Below, one piece after another: positions 35,265 to 37,748 of a stretch of 37,748 nt of DNA. Origin of the DNA: Octopus bimaculoides (lineage: Eukaryota); contig NC_068988.1 of NCBI RefSeq assembly GCF_001194135.2, positions 90,487,106-90,524,853 on the forward strand. The letters are read 5' to 3'. The notes beneath the pieces were generated by a model. The model searched no databases and had not been told where the DNA came from. It was given only the letters and a program-made list of their open reading frames with translations. How positions within the stretch are numbered: the first letter of the stretch is position 1; each line of letters begins with the position of its first letter. A program made the position numbers and the translations under genes.

Positions 35265-36049
35265 GTGTATGTTTATATATATATGTTTGTATGTATTATG
35301 TATGTATATATGTATGTATGTATATGTGTATGTGCATTCACGCACGTAGACATACACCAACATAAACATACATAATATTCATGCATACGCACTCACATAC
35401 CCACACGGCTCTCTCCTACACCCGTAACGTTCACACATGCACATGCACATGCACCCATACGCATACTCACACATACATACAGCATATAGATACGCACATA
35501 AACACACAGAGACATTACATGCACAATGCAACGTGAATGAATTAATCTGAATGAATGATACCTTGTCACCACCAGAAACGCATGCGCGCGTATGTGTGTG
35601 TATTTGAAAATGCTTGTAAATATATTCTCATTATGGCATAAAGATGAAGCCATTCTCTCGAAGAGATGACGATGATAAAGCTATCGTTTCGTACAGAGAG
35701 ACAGACGCACACAGATTGGAACAGGGACAGAGAAAATGGGAAGAGAAAAAGAGACCGTGAATGAAAAAGGAGAGGTGAAATGCTGCAACCATTTTGAAAT
35801 CGACTATCGTCATTGGCTACGTCAAGTAAATTGTTACGTAATATGTTACCATTGGTTACAGAATAGAATAGGTGTGACGGATAAAAAGCTTGAACAATTA
35901 AGATATGGTCAGCGATGGACATCGTTCACTCCAGTCCATTAAATTACCAATTCATTACTTGCCTCTTGCTGTGCCTTTATCAACAAGGCTCTTTTTCACA
36001 ACATTGCAGGACCTCCATTCCTCAGGGCATACAAAACTTGGTACGAGTA

Positions 36050-36500
36050 CGTGGTCGTCAAACGGTCTTCATTCCATAGACATTACATCAGTTCTATGAA
36101 AATAACGACCCAATTCAATACCAGAGTCTCGCATCATTTCATTCTTTCACTCACCAACATCAACGGGCATGCTTCAGCTCAGTTTCCCTTTCCTACAACG
36201 GCTTCTGGCTGAATGCTATGCCCCACAAAATTAACTGGTATCCTACTGGTTAACTACTATCCGAATCGTTGGTCCATTCTGGTAAGAAATTCAAATCTGG
36301 GAACGACTCACCGTTGTTGTGGACATACCGTACATGTTTTCATAGTTTGCTCATTGTTATTTTTCCTGAACGCTGCTCGCTTCTCTAATTTTAATTGGAT
36401 GGATCCAGTATCCCATCCCAAGTGCCATAGCAGTTAGACAAGAGAACGGCAAAAGCAAAACGGCATCAGTCTTCCGGTTCCAAAGTGGCAAGTCTCTAAT
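36050..36500 (-). mobile_element. Possible highly decayed RTE-like LINE remnant
   Basis: Scattered minus-strand peptides (FVGHSI, MRDSGIEL, NEDRL) lie in RTE C-terminal order, but many shifts are needed. Confidence 0.25.
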
Positions 36501-37064
36501 ATCGGTTGCGACTTGAAGCGACATTTCCACATTAGAGAAACCAACATCATACGCAGGAACCGTCACCTGACAAATGGGGAGGAGGAGGACACTGCACTGG
36601 TTGGTTGTTTACTAATAGGTTTCTTTTCGCCATCTGTAAGAATGAGCTCTGCACGCACAGGCATAGACTCACACATACATGCATACACACGCATACACAA
36701 ACACATCCACATACGCACACAACACGCTCACACACAACACACTCACACACGTACACACACACACATATATTTCCACTCGCATGTGCACAACCACAACACA
36801 CACACAGATACATTTATTTTATATGAATACACACCTACCCATACATATCTATCTATACACAGATACAACCATGCATAAATGCACAGATGTGTACATATAT
36901 ATATACGATTGAAACAAATAGAAGATAAATGTTAAAATGCTTATATATATATATATNNNNNNNNNNNNNNNNNNNNNNNNNNNNNNNNNNNNNNNNNNNN
37001 NNNNNNNNNNNNNNNNNNNNNNNNNNNNNNNNNNNNNNNNNNNNNNNNNNNNNNNTATATATAA

Positions 37065-37748
37065 ACAGCAGAGGCACCCGGCGTTGCCCGGGAATTAAAT
37101 TTGTCCTTATATATTGGAGAATAACAATAAAAATAATGATAATAATAATAAACAAAAATACAAAATTTACCCCTTTCATGAAAAAAGATAAATTCTACCG
37201 CATATATTGAAGGAAATTATGTGAGAGCTTCTGGATAAACAACATTCTTTGTTTTCTGGTTTGGATAATAGACAAATAATAGCCAAATTACTTTTTAATG
37301 CATGCTTTTTATTTCATCAGATCTTATTCATCTCAGAATGATTGGTAATGTCTGTATGAAGCCTCCTGATAAAAGTAATGTAACTCCTCCCATAAATTTA
37401 TTGTTCCCTCGTTACCAAGAGCTTCCATTGCACTTCTATGTGACATAGTGCATTCATCCCAAATGATAAGGTGGCATCGGTACAACACTTCTGTTGAACC
37501 TGAATCTTAGTTTATGTTACAAATTAGACTGTCACTTGTGACCAGGTTTAGTGGTAATTTAAAAGCAGAATGAGCTGCTCGTCCTCCCGTGAGAATGATG
37601 GCAGCAAAGCCAGACAATGGTACAGCAACTGCAATTTTTTTTTTTTTTGTTGCCTTACTTTGGAGAGAAGTAATGTTACAAATGTTTTACGTGTGTCACC
37701 AGGAGCATCAAGAAAGAAAATTCCTCTGATTTTTTCTGACGATTGTGG
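37065..37748 (-). mobile_element. Helitron: decayed PIF1-like helicase segment joined to a 3' terminal hairpin, runs off the window end
   Basis: Minus strand reads GIFFLDAPGDTRKTF (decayed Walker A)...IAVAVPLSGFAAIILTGGRAAHSAFKLPL...CNIN*...LIIWDECTMSHRSAMEAL (Walker B), then NKFMGGVTLLLSGGFIQTLPII and RSDEIKACIK. Terminal hairpin CCCGG-GCAACG-CCGGG (37092-37077) is followed after 8 nt by CTGT (CTRR expected). Confidence 0.88.

Larger units (their letters stand above)
502..37055. other. 14 assembly gaps: 502-511, 1103-1411, 2349-2886, 6965-7388, 9589-10015, 12360-12577, 14199-14310, 16467-17088, 21212-21585, 24358-24849, 25459-25583, 28776-29389, 34830-35228, 36957-37055
   Basis: Runs of n in the sequence. 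Confidence 0.99.

Noticed and set aside
361-36912. Most ORFs in the supplied track (YIYI, CVCV, HTHT, LSLS, poly-T/V/R and X-filled ORFs)
   Set aside because: They are translations of microsatellites or N-runs that simply lack stop codons.

Overview
This is eukaryotic, AT-rich, repeat-saturated DNA from a gapped draft assembly with 14 N-runs, most abutting (TA)n or (TG)n tracts. The SINE families and microsatellite load look like a coleoid cephalopod, probably Octopus; this is recognition from memory, not a search. I can support no host protein-coding exon, rRNA, tRNA gene or CRISPR array. Nearly all ORFs in the track are artefacts of microsatellites or N-runs. Supported content: (1) dozens of microsatellites; (2) at least four tRNA-head or short retroposon families in many copies; (3) decayed coding remnants of RTE LINEs (8.9 kb, 31.9 kb), a CR1/L2-group LINE 3' end (25.6 kb), a hAT transposase split by a SINE (21.9-23.1 kb), a mariner MITE (0.9-1.1 kb), a Helitron with PIF1 helicase motifs and 3' hairpin (37.07 kb to window end), and two Penelope-like (PLE) GIY-YIG endonuclease C-termini (13.1-13.6 kb, 28.5 kb). 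The most structured object is the 12.58-14.2 kb PLE locus. It combines an endonuclease remnant, a 3' region with CCAAT/GC/TATA/Inr-like promoter motifs, a ~230 bp inverted duplication starting at the TATA box, and a hammerhead-like core beyond the inverted arm. Element boundaries are approximate (about 10-20 bp).
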